DNA of 64,000 nucleotides from an uncultured Oscillospiraceae bacterium (GCA_944387635.1 CALXFT010000002.1:8619-72618), one strand, 5' to 3'. Counted from the first letter of the stretch, positions 37,705 to 47,696 are shown. Notes: a model not told the origin generated them from the letters alone. Made by a program: numbers and translations.

Positions 37705-38607
37705 ATGGGCTTTGACTGTAAGATCACGGTTTTTACCCCTACCTACAACCGGGCCTACATCCTTGAAGGGCTGTACCGGTCCTTGCAGCGGCAGACCTGG
37801 ACGGATTTTGAATGGCTGGTGGTGGACGACGGCTCCCGGGACGGCACCGAGGCACTGTTTGACCGCTGGCAGAGAGAGGACAACCCCTTTCCCATCCGCT
37901 ACGTCCGCCAGGAGAACGGCGGAAAGTGCCGGGCCATCAACCGGGGGCTGACCCTGGCCCGGGGAGAGCTGTTCTTCACCGTGGACTCCGACGACTACCT
38001 GACCGACGATGCCCTGGAGAAGGCGGCCCGCTGGGAGCGGGAACTGCCCAGGGACCAGAAGTTCTGCGGCGTGGCCGGAAACCTGGGTACCGCCCCGGAC
38101 ACCACCCCCAACACGCCTGTGCCGGGGGAATACTTCGACGGCACGGCCTTCGACCGCTACGGCAAGGTGGACGGAGAGCGGGCCATGATCTTCTATACCC
38201 GGATTCACCGGCAGTACCCATACCCGGAGTTCCCCGGAGAGAAGTTTATGACCGAGGCCGTGGCCTGGAACCGCATGGCAGGCGACGGCTACAAAGTCCG
38301 CTATTTCAACGACATCATCTGGATTTACGAGTACAAGGACGACGGCCTGACCCGGTCGGGCTACCGGCTCTTCCTGGAGAATCCCCAGGGCACCGGGCTG
38401 TTCTTCCGGGAGAAGGCGAAGTTCTTTCACTACCCACCGAAGACCATGCTGGGCATGTGGTACGGCTTTGTCTGCGACGCCATGGACCGCTGCACCGACG
38501 CTCAGATCGCCCGGTACATCGGCATGCCCCGCGTCCTGGTGGCGCCTATGAAATGGGTCCACCGGCTGATCCAACTGACACGGAAAATGAGGAAACCAAA
38601 TGGCTAA
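37705..38607 (+). CDS. GT2 glycosyltransferase
   Basis: TVFTPTYNRA, VDDGSRD, NGGKCRA, VDSDD. Confidence 0.88.
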   Translation: MGFDCKITVFTPTYNRAYILEGLYRSLQRQTWTDFEWLVVDDGSRDGTEALFDRWQREDNPFPIRYVRQENGGKCRAINRGLTLARGELFFTVDSDDYLTDDALEKAARWERELPRDQKFCGVAGNLGTAPDTTPNTPVPGEYFDGTAFDRYGKVDGERAMIFYTRIHRQYPYPEFPGEKFMTEAVAWNRMAGDGYKVRYFNDIIWIYEYKDDGLTRSGYRLFLENPQGTGLFFREKAKFFHYPPKTMLGMWYGFVCDAMDRCTDAQIARYIGMPRVLVAPMKWVHRLIQLTRKMRKPNG

Positions 38608-39457
38608 TTCTTCTCAAAATACCTACCACACCCACATCTCCTCCAAGCACCGGCTTCTGGACCTGAATCTGAAGGAGGTCTGGCGCTACCGGGATCTGAT
38701 CGCCATGTTCACCCGGCGGTCCTTTGTGGTCACCTTCAAGCAGACCATTCTGGGACCGGCCTGGATCTTTCTGACCCCGCTGTTCAGCAGCATCGTCCAC
38801 GCTTTTGTCTTTGGCGGCATTGCGGGCATCGGCACCGAAGGCGTGCCAACCCTGCTGTTTTACCTGTTCAGCAACGCGGTCTGGAGCTATTTCTCCAGCT
38901 GCGTGGTCAGCAACGCCAATACCTTCACCGCCAACGCCTACGTCTTCGGCAAGGTCTACTTCCCCCGGCTCACCACACCCATTTCCAATGTGCTGTCCGC
39001 TGTGATCCGGTTTCTGATTCAGATGCTGCTGGTGCTGCTGTTTATGGCCTACTTCCTGCTGAAGGGGGAGGTGGCGCCCAACTGGTATCTGTGGGGCATT
39101 CTTTTGGTGGAACTGGTCCATCTGGGCATTCTGGGCATGGGCTTCGGCATCATTATCTCCAGCATGACCACCAAATACCGGGATCTTTCGGTTTTGGTGG
39201 ATTTCGGCATGTCCCTTTGGATGTACGCCACGCCGGTGGTCTACCCCCTGTCCACCCTGGGGGAGGGCTGGGTCCGGACCCTGCTCCTGCTCAACCCGGT
39301 GACCAGCTCTGTGGAGCTGCTGCGCTACGCGGTGCTGGGGGAGGGCTCCGTCTGCCTGGGATACTATGCTCTGTCCTGGGCCGTCACCTTCGCGGTGGCT
39401 GTGCTGGGCATTATGATCTTCAATAAGGTCGAGCGGACCTTTATGGACACGGTGTAA
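38600..39457 (+). CDS. wzm: ABC-2 polysaccharide export permease
   Basis: VWRYRDLI, FKQTILGPAW, KVYFPRL, YRDL, WMYATPVVYP, LNPVT. Confidence 0.92.
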   Translation: MANSSQNTYHTHISSKHRLLDLNLKEVWRYRDLIAMFTRRSFVVTFKQTILGPAWIFLTPLFSSIVHAFVFGGIAGIGTEGVPTLLFYLFSNAVWSYFSSCVVSNANTFTANAYVFGKVYFPRLTTPISNVLSAVIRFLIQMLLVLLFMAYFLLKGEVAPNWYLWGILLVELVHLGILGMGFGIIISSMTTKYRDLSVLVDFGMSLWMYATPVVYPLSTLGEGWVRTLLLLNPVTSSVELLRYAVLGEGSVCLGYYALSWAVTFAVAVLGIMIFNKVERTFMDTV

Positions 39458-39467
39458 GGAGGAAGCA

Positions 39468-40760
39468 ATGGCGCGTACAGTGGATAACCGGGAAATTGCC
39501 ATCCGCCTTTCCGGTGTAAAGAAACGGTATAAGCTGGGCCAGATCGGCGGCGCCACCCTGCAGGAGGACCTGCAGAGCTGGTGGGCCAGAATCCGGGGCA
39601 AGGAAGACCCCAATGTGCCTGTGGGCATGGACCAGCGGCTGGTGGGGAAGACCTTTATGGCCCTCAACGGCGTGGATCTGACGGTGTACAAGGGCGAGGC
39701 CCTGGGCATCATCGGCGGCAACGGCGCCGGCAAGAGCACGATGCTCAAGCTCCTGTGCCGGGTCACGGCCCCCACCGAGGGGGAGATCGACATCTACGGC
39801 CGCATTGCCTCCATGCTGGAGGTGGGTACCGGCTTCAACGGGGAAATGACCGGCCGGGAGAATATTTACATGAACGGCGCCATCCTGGGCATGTCCCGGG
39901 CGGAGATCGATGAGAAGATGGAGGCCATCATCGAGTTTTCCGAGGTGCGGGAGTTTATCGACACCCCCACCAAGCGCTACTCCTCCGGTATGTTCGTCAA
40001 GCTGGCCTTCTCCGTGGCGGCCCACCTGAACAGCGAGATCATGATTATGGACGAGGTTCTGGCTGTGGGCGACGTCCAGTTCCAGAAGAAGTGCCTGGAC
40101 CGGATGCGCGCCGCCGCCAAGCAGGAGGGCCGGACGGTCCTCTATGTCAGCCACAATATGAACACCATCCGCCAGCTGTGCGACCGGTGTATCGTCATGG
40201 ACAAGGGCCGCATCGTCTTCGAAGGCGACGTGGAGGAGGCCATCGGCGTCTACTACGGCAAGGGCGAGACCTTGCAGCTGGTCAACGACTGCGACCACAC
40301 CACCCGGGAGCCCATCGGAGACGGCGCTATGCACATCCGCACGGTGCGGATTCTGGACCGGGAGGCTCCCATTGTCTACGAGGGCGAGGACCTGAAGCTG
40401 AAGCTCACCTTCTCCTCGGAGCGGGATTTTACCGGCATCGCCTTCCGAACCATCTTCTTTACGGCGGGCAGCGTGCCTGTGGGCATGGCGGCTTCGGAGC
40501 CTGTGCTGAAGGTGCGCGGGGGAGAGAACCAGGCGGTCTTCCGGCTGCCTCTGCCGCAGCTGGCCGAGGGCGAGTACTTCGGACGGGTGGTGCTGTACGA
40601 GGTCAACGAGTACGGCGCGGAGATCGTCCATGACGTGGTCAACGCCGCCTTCTCCCTGCGCAAGGCCTTTCGGATCAACGTCAACGACACCTCCAAGCGG
40701 TGGAATCAGCAGTACTGGGGCAGCGTGGTCTTCCCCAACATCCAGGTGACAGAGGAGTAA
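39468..40760 (+). CDS. wzt: Polysaccharide ABC exporter ATPase with C-terminal Wzt_C domain
   Basis: GGNGAGKST, YSSGM, MDEVLAVGD, VSH; about 170-aa C-terminal extension. Confidence 0.92.
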   Translation: MARTVDNREIAIRLSGVKKRYKLGQIGGATLQEDLQSWWARIRGKEDPNVPVGMDQRLVGKTFMALNGVDLTVYKGEALGIIGGNGAGKSTMLKLLCRVTAPTEGEIDIYGRIASMLEVGTGFNGEMTGRENIYMNGAILGMSRAEIDEKMEAIIEFSEVREFIDTPTKRYSSGMFVKLAFSVAAHLNSEIMIMDEVLAVGDVQFQKKCLDRMRAAAKQEGRTVLYVSHNMNTIRQLCDRCIVMDKGRIVFEGDVEEAIGVYYGKGETLQLVNDCDHTTREPIGDGAMHIRTVRILDREAPIVYEGEDLKLKLTFSSERDFTGIAFRTIFFTAGSVPVGMAASEPVLKVRGGENQAVFRLPLPQLAEGEYFGRVVLYEVNEYGAEIVHDVVNAAFSLRKAFRINVNDTSKRWNQQYWGSVVFPNIQVTEE

Positions 40761-40766
40761 ATTCCT

Positions 40767-41894
40767 ATGAAAATTCTGCTGGCCGGGGAGTTCTACTCCG
40801 ATAATCTGGGGGACCCGCTGCTGTGCCGGACGGTGGAGGCCATCCTGCGCGAATACGACCCCCAGGCCCAGATCATCCCCTTTGACATGAGCGGCAAGCT
40901 CAGCCCCACGGAATACTACGAACCGAAAACCAATCCTCTGCTGGACGCGGTGACCAAGGGCGTCTGCGACCGGTACCGCTACTACCGCCGGGCGGCCATC
41001 TGCCGGGCCTATGAGAGCGACAAGGGCCGGCACCTGCGGGTGTGGTACCGGATGGGGGAGCTGCTGAAGCGGCACCGGTTCGATCTGGTGATCTTCGCCG
41101 GGGGCTCTTTGTTCATGGACTACTTTGCCGGCGTGATCAACCTGATGATGCGCCGGCTTCTGTTTACCCGGACCAAGGTGATCTTTCACGCCTGCGGCAT
41201 GAGCACCCTGTCGGCCGACGGGGAGTATCTGCTGGGCCAGGTCCTGGGCAGCCGAAGGATCGTCTCCATCTCCCTGCGGGACTCCTATGAGCGGTTCAAC
41301 CGCCTGTTCACGGTGAAGGCCCCGGTGACCGAGACCTTCGATACGGCCCTGCTCTCCAGCCGCTATTACCGGGGGGCGGACCGGCGGGAGCTGCCTCTGG
41401 GCGTGGGCTTCATTGATCGCTGCTACGACACGCAGATGGACCTGGTGCGCCAGCTTCTGGCCTCGGGCCTGAGCTGGAAGGGCTTTACCAACGGCTCGCT
41501 CTACGACCAGGACTATGCCCGGAAGCTCTTGCTGGATGCCGGAATCCCGGAGGACGATCTGGGGGACTATCTGCTGCCCCGGCCCCAAAGCCCGGAGGAG
41601 CTGGCCCGGATCGTCACCGGTTTTGAGAAGATCATCGCCTTCCGCATGCACAGCCAGATCCTGGCGGCCTCCTTTGGCGTTCCCTCCTTCGGCTTCGCCT
41701 GGGACGGGAAGGTGACCGCCTTTTATGAGAAGCTGGGGTTTCCCCAGGGCGTCACCGAAACCAGCGTTCCCCTGAGCCGGATCCTGGACACCCTCAGCCA
41801 ATATGACGGCGGCATCCGCCAAAGGGTCCTGGAGCAGGGCGAGCGGAGCCGCCGGAGCCTGATCCAGGCCGTAGATTCCTTTCGCAAGGAGTGA
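40767..41894 (+). CDS. Polysaccharide pyruvyltransferase family protein (CsaB/WcaK-like)
   Basis: NLGD, AGGSLF, SLRD, RMHSQILA, WDGKV. Confidence 0.78.
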   Translation: MKILLAGEFYSDNLGDPLLCRTVEAILREYDPQAQIIPFDMSGKLSPTEYYEPKTNPLLDAVTKGVCDRYRYYRRAAICRAYESDKGRHLRVWYRMGELLKRHRFDLVIFAGGSLFMDYFAGVINLMMRRLLFTRTKVIFHACGMSTLSADGEYLLGQVLGSRRIVSISLRDSYERFNRLFTVKAPVTETFDTALLSSRYYRGADRRELPLGVGFIDRCYDTQMDLVRQLLASGLSWKGFTNGSLYDQDYARKLLLDAGIPEDDLGDYLLPRPQSPEELARIVTGFEKIIAFRMHSQILAASFGVPSFGFAWDGKVTAFYEKLGFPQGVTETSVPLSRILDTLSQYDGGIRQRVLEQGERSRRSLIQAVDSFRKE

Positions 41895-41899
41895 TTCCA

Positions 41900-42742
41900 A
41901 TGATCCCGAAGATCCTGCACTATTGCTGGTTTGGCCGGAACCCCAAGCCCAGACTGGCGGAAAAGTGCATCAAAAGCTGGGAAAAATACTGCCCGGACTA
42001 TGAAATCCGGGAGTGGAATGAGGACAATTTCAACCTGGACGCCGCGCCTTTGTATGTGCGTCAGGCCTATGAGGCGGGGAAGTGGGCCTTTGTCACGGAC
42101 TATGTTCGCCTGCTGGCCCTGACCCGGATGGGCGGGGTCTATATGGATACGGACGTGGAGCTGGTCAAGTCTCTGACGCCCTTTTTAAAGAATGAGGCCT
42201 TTGTGGGGTTTGAGACCGACGGCACCATCTCCACGGGAATCATGGGGTGCCGGAAGGACTTCCCCCTGTTCCGGGAGTTCATGGCCCGCTACGACGAGCT
42301 GCGCTTTCTCAACCCCGACGGGTCCCTGAATATGACCACCAACGTGGAGACTGTCACCGGGATCTGCCTGAAGAAGGGTCTGGTTCCCGACGGGACCGGT
42401 CAGGAGCTGGAGGGCCTTGCCATCTATCCCAGGGACGTGTTTAGCCCCGTGGACTTTGAGACCGGACGGCTGCGCAGGACCCGCCGGACCGCGGCCATTC
42501 ACTGGTTCTCCGGCAGCTGGTACACGGCCCAGGAGTCCCGGCACCGGGAGCGGCTGCGCAGGCAGGCCCGCCGTGACAAGGTTCTGGGCCCGTTCCGCCG
42601 GGGGGTGAAACGAATCCTGGGCGAAGAGGGCTGTGAGCGGTGGGCCGAGCGGCTGAGGCGGTACCGCAGCTGGAGCCAGATCCGGAAAATGCCCCGGCGG
42701 ATCCTGCGTAAGCTCCTGGGAAAGTCCAACCTCGAGGATTGA
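41900..42742 (+). CDS. DXD glycosyltransferase (GT32-like), copy 1
   Basis: MIPKILHYCWFG, WAFVTDYVR, GGVYMDTDVE. Confidence 0.88.
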   Translation: MIPKILHYCWFGRNPKPRLAEKCIKSWEKYCPDYEIREWNEDNFNLDAAPLYVRQAYEAGKWAFVTDYVRLLALTRMGGVYMDTDVELVKSLTPFLKNEAFVGFETDGTISTGIMGCRKDFPLFREFMARYDELRFLNPDGSLNMTTNVETVTGICLKKGLVPDGTGQELEGLAIYPRDVFSPVDFETGRLRRTRRTAAIHWFSGSWYTAQESRHRERLRRQARRDKVLGPFRRGVKRILGEEGCERWAERLRRYRSWSQIRKMPRRILRKLLGKSNLED

Positions 42743-42758
42743 CGGAAGGAGGTGCCCC

Positions 42759-43742
42759 ATGGCAGAGATCAGCGTCATCGTCCCGGTGTACCGGGTGGAG
42801 GCATACCTGGCCCGGTGCGTGGAAAGCATCCTGGCCCAGACCTGGGAGGATTTTGAACTGATCCTGGTAGACGACGGCAGCCCCGACAGCTGCGGCGCCC
42901 TGTGCGACGGCTATGCCCGGCAGGACAGCCGGGTCCGGGTGATCCACCAGGCCAACGGCGGGCTGTCCGCCGCCAGAAACGCCGGCATCGACTGGGCCTT
43001 CGCCAACAGCGCCAGCCAGTGGCTGACCTTCATCGACAGCGACGACTGGGTCCATCCTAAGTATCTGGAGCTGCTGGTGAAGGCGGCTGAGGACCAAGGG
43101 GCCAGTATCAGCGTCTGCGGCTATGCCGAGACCCGGGGGGAGGCTCCTGCGGTCCGGCCGGAGGACCTGACGCCCCGGGTGGATACCCCCAAGGCGTTTT
43201 ATATGGAGCATTTCATCAACGCCACCATCGCCTGGGGGAAGCTGTATCGGAAAGCATGCTTCGCCCGGGTCCGCTATCCCGTGGGCAAGCTCCACGAAGA
43301 CGAATTTGTGACCTACCGGCTGCTGTTTGACCACCCGCCGGTGGTTTTTCTGCCCGCGCCCCTGTATGCCTACTTCGTCAACACTGCCGGGATCACCAAA
43401 GGCGGATGGTCTCCCCGGCGGCTGGACGCCTGGCAGGCCTATGAGGAGCAGATCGCCTATTTTGAAGCTTACGGCGATGAGGAACTGGTACGATACCGCT
43501 ACCGGGGCTACCTGGAAAACGCCATGGTCAACTGGACCGCGGCCCGGGACGGGGGAGATAAAAGGGTCCTGTCCGCCATGCGGCGCAAGATCCGCGCCCT
43601 GCTCCGGCGGGCCTGGAGGAAGGGGTATCTGGATTTCTGGATAGATTTTGACATTTTGATTCAGTTCTTTCCCCGATGGACCCGGCTGTACCGGCTGGGG
43701 CTGGAACTGAAGCCGCGAGGGAGGGATGACGCCAATGCCTGA
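42759..43742 (+). CDS. GT2 glycosyltransferase
   Basis: SVIVPVYR, VDDGSPD, FIDSDD, GKLHEDEF. Confidence 0.9.
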   Translation: MAEISVIVPVYRVEAYLARCVESILAQTWEDFELILVDDGSPDSCGALCDGYARQDSRVRVIHQANGGLSAARNAGIDWAFANSASQWLTFIDSDDWVHPKYLELLVKAAEDQGASISVCGYAETRGEAPAVRPEDLTPRVDTPKAFYMEHFINATIAWGKLYRKACFARVRYPVGKLHEDEFVTYRLLFDHPPVVFLPAPLYAYFVNTAGITKGGWSPRRLDAWQAYEEQIAYFEAYGDEELVRYRYRGYLENAMVNWTAARDGGDKRVLSAMRRKIRALLRRAWRKGYLDFWIDFDILIQFFPRWTRLYRLGLELKPRGRDDANA

Positions 43743-44766
43743 GATCAGTGTGATCGTGCCGGTCTATAAGGCGGAGCGGTACCTGCGCGGCTGTGTGGAC
43801 AGCATTCTGAACCAGAGCTTTTCCGACCTGGAAGTGATCCTGGTGGACGACGGAAGCCCCGACGGCAGCGGGGGGATCTGCGACGAATACGCCGGCCGGG
43901 ACAGCCGGGTTCGGGTCGTCCACCAGGAGAATCAGGGCCAGTCCGCCGCCCGGAATCGGGCAATGGACATGGCCCGGGGCAGCTGGCTTTGCTTTGTGGA
44001 CAGCGACGACGCGATCCACCCTCAGATGCTCCAAAGGCTGTATCAGGCGGCCCTGGACACCGGCGCGGCCATGAGCATGTGCCGGATGTGGGAGGCGCCG
44101 CGGATGCCCGAAGGCTTCCTCCAAAGCCCGTCGGGAACCTGCCGTGTTCTGGAAATGGATGAGGAAACGCTGGTGGACTGCCTGGACCGGGGGGAATATC
44201 CCGGCTGGGTGGCCTGCGCCAAGCTGGTCCGCCGGGAGGTGGCGCGGGGCAAGCCCTTCACCCCGGGCCGGGTCTATGAGGACAACGAAGCGGTGTGTCA
44301 CTGGCTCCTGGCCGCCGGGCGCCTGGCCCGGATTCCGGACGCGCTGTACTACTACCGGACCAATCCGGACAGCACCACCCAGGGCGGCTTCAGCCTCAAG
44401 CGGCTGGATTACCTTTGGGCTCTGGAACAGATTCTTTTAACCTACCAGCAGCGGGGATTCCTGACTCTGCGGGACCGGTTCTGGGATCTGTATGTCCGGG
44501 AAGCCGTGGGATTCTACTGCCGGGCCAAATACGATCTGAACCGGCCGGACATTGCCCGGCAGATCAAAAAATCGGTGAAGCGGTGCCGCCGGGAACATCG
44601 CCTGCCTATGACAAAGGAGCGCTTTGAGCTCCTGCTTGATGCCGCCCATCCGAAGCTGATCCGGCTGTACTGGCCCCTGGAGGGGGCGGTCCGGACCCTG
44701 AGACAACAGGGGCCGGGCGGGCTGTGGAAGAAGCTGCGCAAGCTGGGGAGAGGAGACACGCCATGA
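43735..44766 (+). CDS. GT2 glycosyltransferase
   Basis: SVIVPVYK, VDDGSPD, FVDSDD, GRVYED. Confidence 0.9.
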   Translation: MPEISVIVPVYKAERYLRGCVDSILNQSFSDLEVILVDDGSPDGSGGICDEYAGRDSRVRVVHQENQGQSAARNRAMDMARGSWLCFVDSDDAIHPQMLQRLYQAALDTGAAMSMCRMWEAPRMPEGFLQSPSGTCRVLEMDEETLVDCLDRGEYPGWVACAKLVRREVARGKPFTPGRVYEDNEAVCHWLLAAGRLARIPDALYYYRTNPDSTTQGGFSLKRLDYLWALEQILLTYQQRGFLTLRDRFWDLYVREAVGFYCRAKYDLNRPDIARQIKKSVKRCRREHRLPMTKERFELLLDAAHPKLIRLYWPLEGAVRTLRQQGPGGLWKKLRKLGRGDTP

Positions 44767-45530
44767 TCCCGAAGATCATTCACTACTGCTGGTTCGGCGG
44801 GAAGCCCAAGCCGCCTCTGGCGGAAAAATGTATGGCCAGCTGGCAAAAATACTGCCCGGACTATGAGATCCGGGAGTGGAACGAAAGAAATTTTGACGTC
44901 TCCGCCGCGCCCCTGTACGTCCGCCAGGCCTATGAGGCGGGCCGCTGGGCCTTCGTCACGGACTATGTCCGTCTGAAGGCTCTGACGGAGCAGGGCGGCG
45001 TCTATCTGGATACGGACGTGGAGCTGCTGAAGCCTCTGGACGAATACCTCCACCATGAGGCGTTCGCTGGATTTGAGGCCGCGGACCGGGTTCAGACCGG
45101 CCTTATGGCATGCCGGAAGGGCTTTGCTCTGTTTGAAGAATTTCTGCGCCACTACGATACCGCCGTCTTTTACCGGTCCGACGGGACCCAGGACGTGACC
45201 ACCAACGTGCAGGTCCTGACCCGGCTGTGCCGGGAGAAGGGCTTACAGTTCAACGACACCCGCCAGGAGGTGGCGGGGCTGACGGTGTACCCAAGGCAGG
45301 TCTTCTGCCCGGTGGACTACGAGACCATGAAGCTGAAAAAGACCCGCAAAACCGCGGCCATCCACTGGTTCTCCGGAAGCTGGCATACCGAAGAGGAGCT
45401 GCTGGCCATGGAGGCGGAAAAGCGGCGGCAGCGGGAGGAGCGGATGAGCAATCTGCGTTACCGCGTGGGCTGTACCCTGTTGGGAGAACGGGGCTATGAG
45501 AAGCTGAAATCGTGGATCAAGAGAGACTAA
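44763..45530 (+). CDS. DXD glycosyltransferase (GT32-like), copy 2
   Basis: MIPKIIHYCWFG, WAFVTDYVR, GGVYLDTDVE. Confidence 0.88.
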   Translation: MIPKIIHYCWFGGKPKPPLAEKCMASWQKYCPDYEIREWNERNFDVSAAPLYVRQAYEAGRWAFVTDYVRLKALTEQGGVYLDTDVELLKPLDEYLHHEAFAGFEAADRVQTGLMACRKGFALFEEFLRHYDTAVFYRSDGTQDVTTNVQVLTRLCREKGLQFNDTRQEVAGLTVYPRQVFCPVDYETMKLKKTRKTAAIHWFSGSWHTEEELLAMEAEKRRQREERMSNLRYRVGCTLLGERGYEKLKSWIKRD

Positions 45531-45720
45531 TACTGTTTCTTGATTAAAGTATTTAACTTTAATCAAGAAGGCATCGCCTTGGGACGCTGCCGAATATGTG
45601 ATTTTCGCAATAGAAAATCACATATTCCCGTCTCATATGATTCTCTAATGAAAATCTTTAATCCGAATTGATTAAAGATTTTATAAAGAGAATCAGTATA
45701 ATTTGACCCAGGAGGGGACT
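45531..45720 (+). promoter_or_regulatory. AT-rich intergenic region with several palindromes, a -10 box (TATAAT 45697-45702) and RBS GGAGGG
   Basis: About 34% GC by hand count; perfect 14-bp (45537-45569) and 13-bp (45651-45682) inverted repeats. Confidence 0.65.
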
Positions 45721-46701
45721 ATGGCCAGCATCAGTGTGATCGTTCCGGTGTATCGGGTGGAAGCCTACCTGCACCGGTGTGTGGAAAGCATCCTGCGCCA
45801 GAGCTTCCGGGATCTGGAGCTGATCCTGGTGGACGACGGGAGCCCGGACAACTGCGGCGCTCTCTGCGACGGCTATGCCCGGCTCGACAGCCGGGTCCGT
45901 GTGATCCATCAGGAAAACGGCGGACTCTCCGCCGCCCGGAACGCGGGGATCGACTGGGTTTTCGCCCACAGCCAGAGCCAGTGGCTGGCCTTTGTGGACA
46001 GCGACGACTGGGTGGCGGAGGACTTTCTGGAGCGGCTGTACCGGGCGGCGGAACAGACCGGCTGCCGCTTAAGCGTCTGCGGCTTCCGCCGCACGGAAGG
46101 CCAGGCCCTTCCGGAGCAGCCGGCCGAGGAGCCCCGGAAGATGGAGGCGGAAGAGTACTACTGCGGCGGGGAGATCCACGGCGGCGTGACGGCGGTGGCC
46201 TGGAACAAGCTCTACCACCGCAGCCTCTTTGAGAGTCTGCGCTATCCCGTGGGCAAGCTCCACGAGGACGAGTTCACCACCTACCGGGCGGTGTATGCCG
46301 CCGGTGAAGCGGCCGTGCTCCGGGCGGAGCTGTACGCCTACTACCAGAACCCCCAGGGGATTATGCTGTCAAAGTGGAATCCCCGGCGGATGGACCTGCT
46401 GGAGGCCTTCTCCTGCCAGATTGCCTTTGCTCGGGAGCGGTGTCTGGAGGGCCTGCTGAAAAAAGCCGTAAAGCAAAACATCCTCTTTGCCTACGGCCAG
46501 CTGGAAACGGTGAAGCGGCAGGCGGATGCCCGGCACTGCGCCCCCATTCTGAAGAAGAAGCTGCGGCAGGCCCTGAAGCTGGGAAGGGTGTACAAGGTCT
46601 TTCCCCTGGGCTGGGATACCCTGTGGGCCTATGAGCAGGCGTACCCTGCCAAGCCCCTTTGGTGGCTGGCCGGACGAATCAAAGACAAGCTGAAAAAGTG
46701 A
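45721..46701 (+). CDS. GT2 glycosyltransferase (paralog of 42759-43742)
   Basis: SVIVPVYR, VDDGSPD, FVDSDD, GKLHEDEF. Confidence 0.9.
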   Translation: MASISVIVPVYRVEAYLHRCVESILRQSFRDLELILVDDGSPDNCGALCDGYARLDSRVRVIHQENGGLSAARNAGIDWVFAHSQSQWLAFVDSDDWVAEDFLERLYRAAEQTGCRLSVCGFRRTEGQALPEQPAEEPRKMEAEEYYCGGEIHGGVTAVAWNKLYHRSLFESLRYPVGKLHEDEFTTYRAVYAAGEAAVLRAELYAYYQNPQGIMLSKWNPRRMDLLEAFSCQIAFARERCLEGLLKKAVKQNILFAYGQLETVKRQADARHCAPILKKKLRQALKLGRVYKVFPLGWDTLWAYEQAYPAKPLWWLAGRIKDKLKK

Positions 46702-46709
46702 GGGAACAG

Positions 46710-47687
46710 ATGAACCAGCGGATTTCGGTGATCGTGCCGGTATACAATGTGGCGGACTACCTGCCCCAGTGTCTGGACAGCATCCTATCCCAGGACCATG
46801 AGGATCTGGAAGTGATCCTCATTGACGACGGCTCCACAGACGATTCCGGACGGATCTGCGACCGGTATGCCGCCGCCGACCCGCGGGTCCGGGTGATCCA
46901 TCAGAAAAACGCCGGGGCGGCAGCGGCGAAAAACGCGGGGCTGCGCGTAGCCACCGGGGAATACCTGAGCTTTGTGGACAGCGACGACTATTTGGAGCCC
47001 AAGGTCTACGGCTATATGCTGTCCGTCCTGGGCCGGTGCGGCGCCGACGCGGCCCAGTTTGGCTTCCGCAATGTCTACCGGACACGACAGGAAGAACACC
47101 CCAGCGCTCCGGGGCGGCAGGTGGTCTCCGGAAAGGATTTCCTGATCCGGTTCAACCATGACTGGACCTGCGCCCTGCTGTGGAACAAACTGTACCGGCG
47201 CGGTCTCTTTGACGGCATTTTCTTCGAGGAGGGCCACAAGATCGACGACGAGTACTTCACCTACCAGGGGTTCCTGAACGCCGGAAAGGTGGTCTGCGAC
47301 GAGCGGATTGTCTACAACTACCGCCGCCGGGCTTCCAGCGTCATGTGCTCGCCCCAGGCTGCGGCCCAGCGGGTCATGGACCGGATCGACGCGCTGACCA
47401 AACGGCGGCAGAGGGTGATCCGCCGGTTCCCGGAACTGCGCCGGGACTTTGACGTACCCTACCTGGACGCCCTGAGCTATATGTCCCAGTACCCGGACAA
47501 CTCGGAGCAGAGCCTGCGCCTGCTCAAATCCCTGCTCTGGGACTACCTGAAGACACCGGGAAACACCTTGCCCCCCAGGCACCTGTGGCGGGACCTGCTG
47601 CGGCTGTACATTACGCCTGTGCGCCGCTTGCGGAAGGCCTGCGAGGAGGCCAAAGCTCCGGTGGACACCGGGGATTACTATCCGTAA
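46710..47687 (+). CDS. GT2 glycosyltransferase
   Basis: SVIVPVYN, IDDGSTD, FVDSDD, GHKIDDEYF. Confidence 0.9.
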   Translation: MNQRISVIVPVYNVADYLPQCLDSILSQDHEDLEVILIDDGSTDDSGRICDRYAAADPRVRVIHQKNAGAAAAKNAGLRVATGEYLSFVDSDDYLEPKVYGYMLSVLGRCGADAAQFGFRNVYRTRQEEHPSAPGRQVVSGKDFLIRFNHDWTCALLWNKLYRRGLFDGIFFEEGHKIDDEYFTYQGFLNAGKVVCDERIVYNYRRRASSVMCSPQAAAQRVMDRIDALTKRRQRVIRRFPELRRDFDVPYLDALSYMSQYPDNSEQSLRLLKSLLWDYLKTPGNTLPPRHLWRDLLRLYITPVRRLRKACEEAKAPVDTGDYYP

Positions 47688-47696
47688 AAAGAATCA

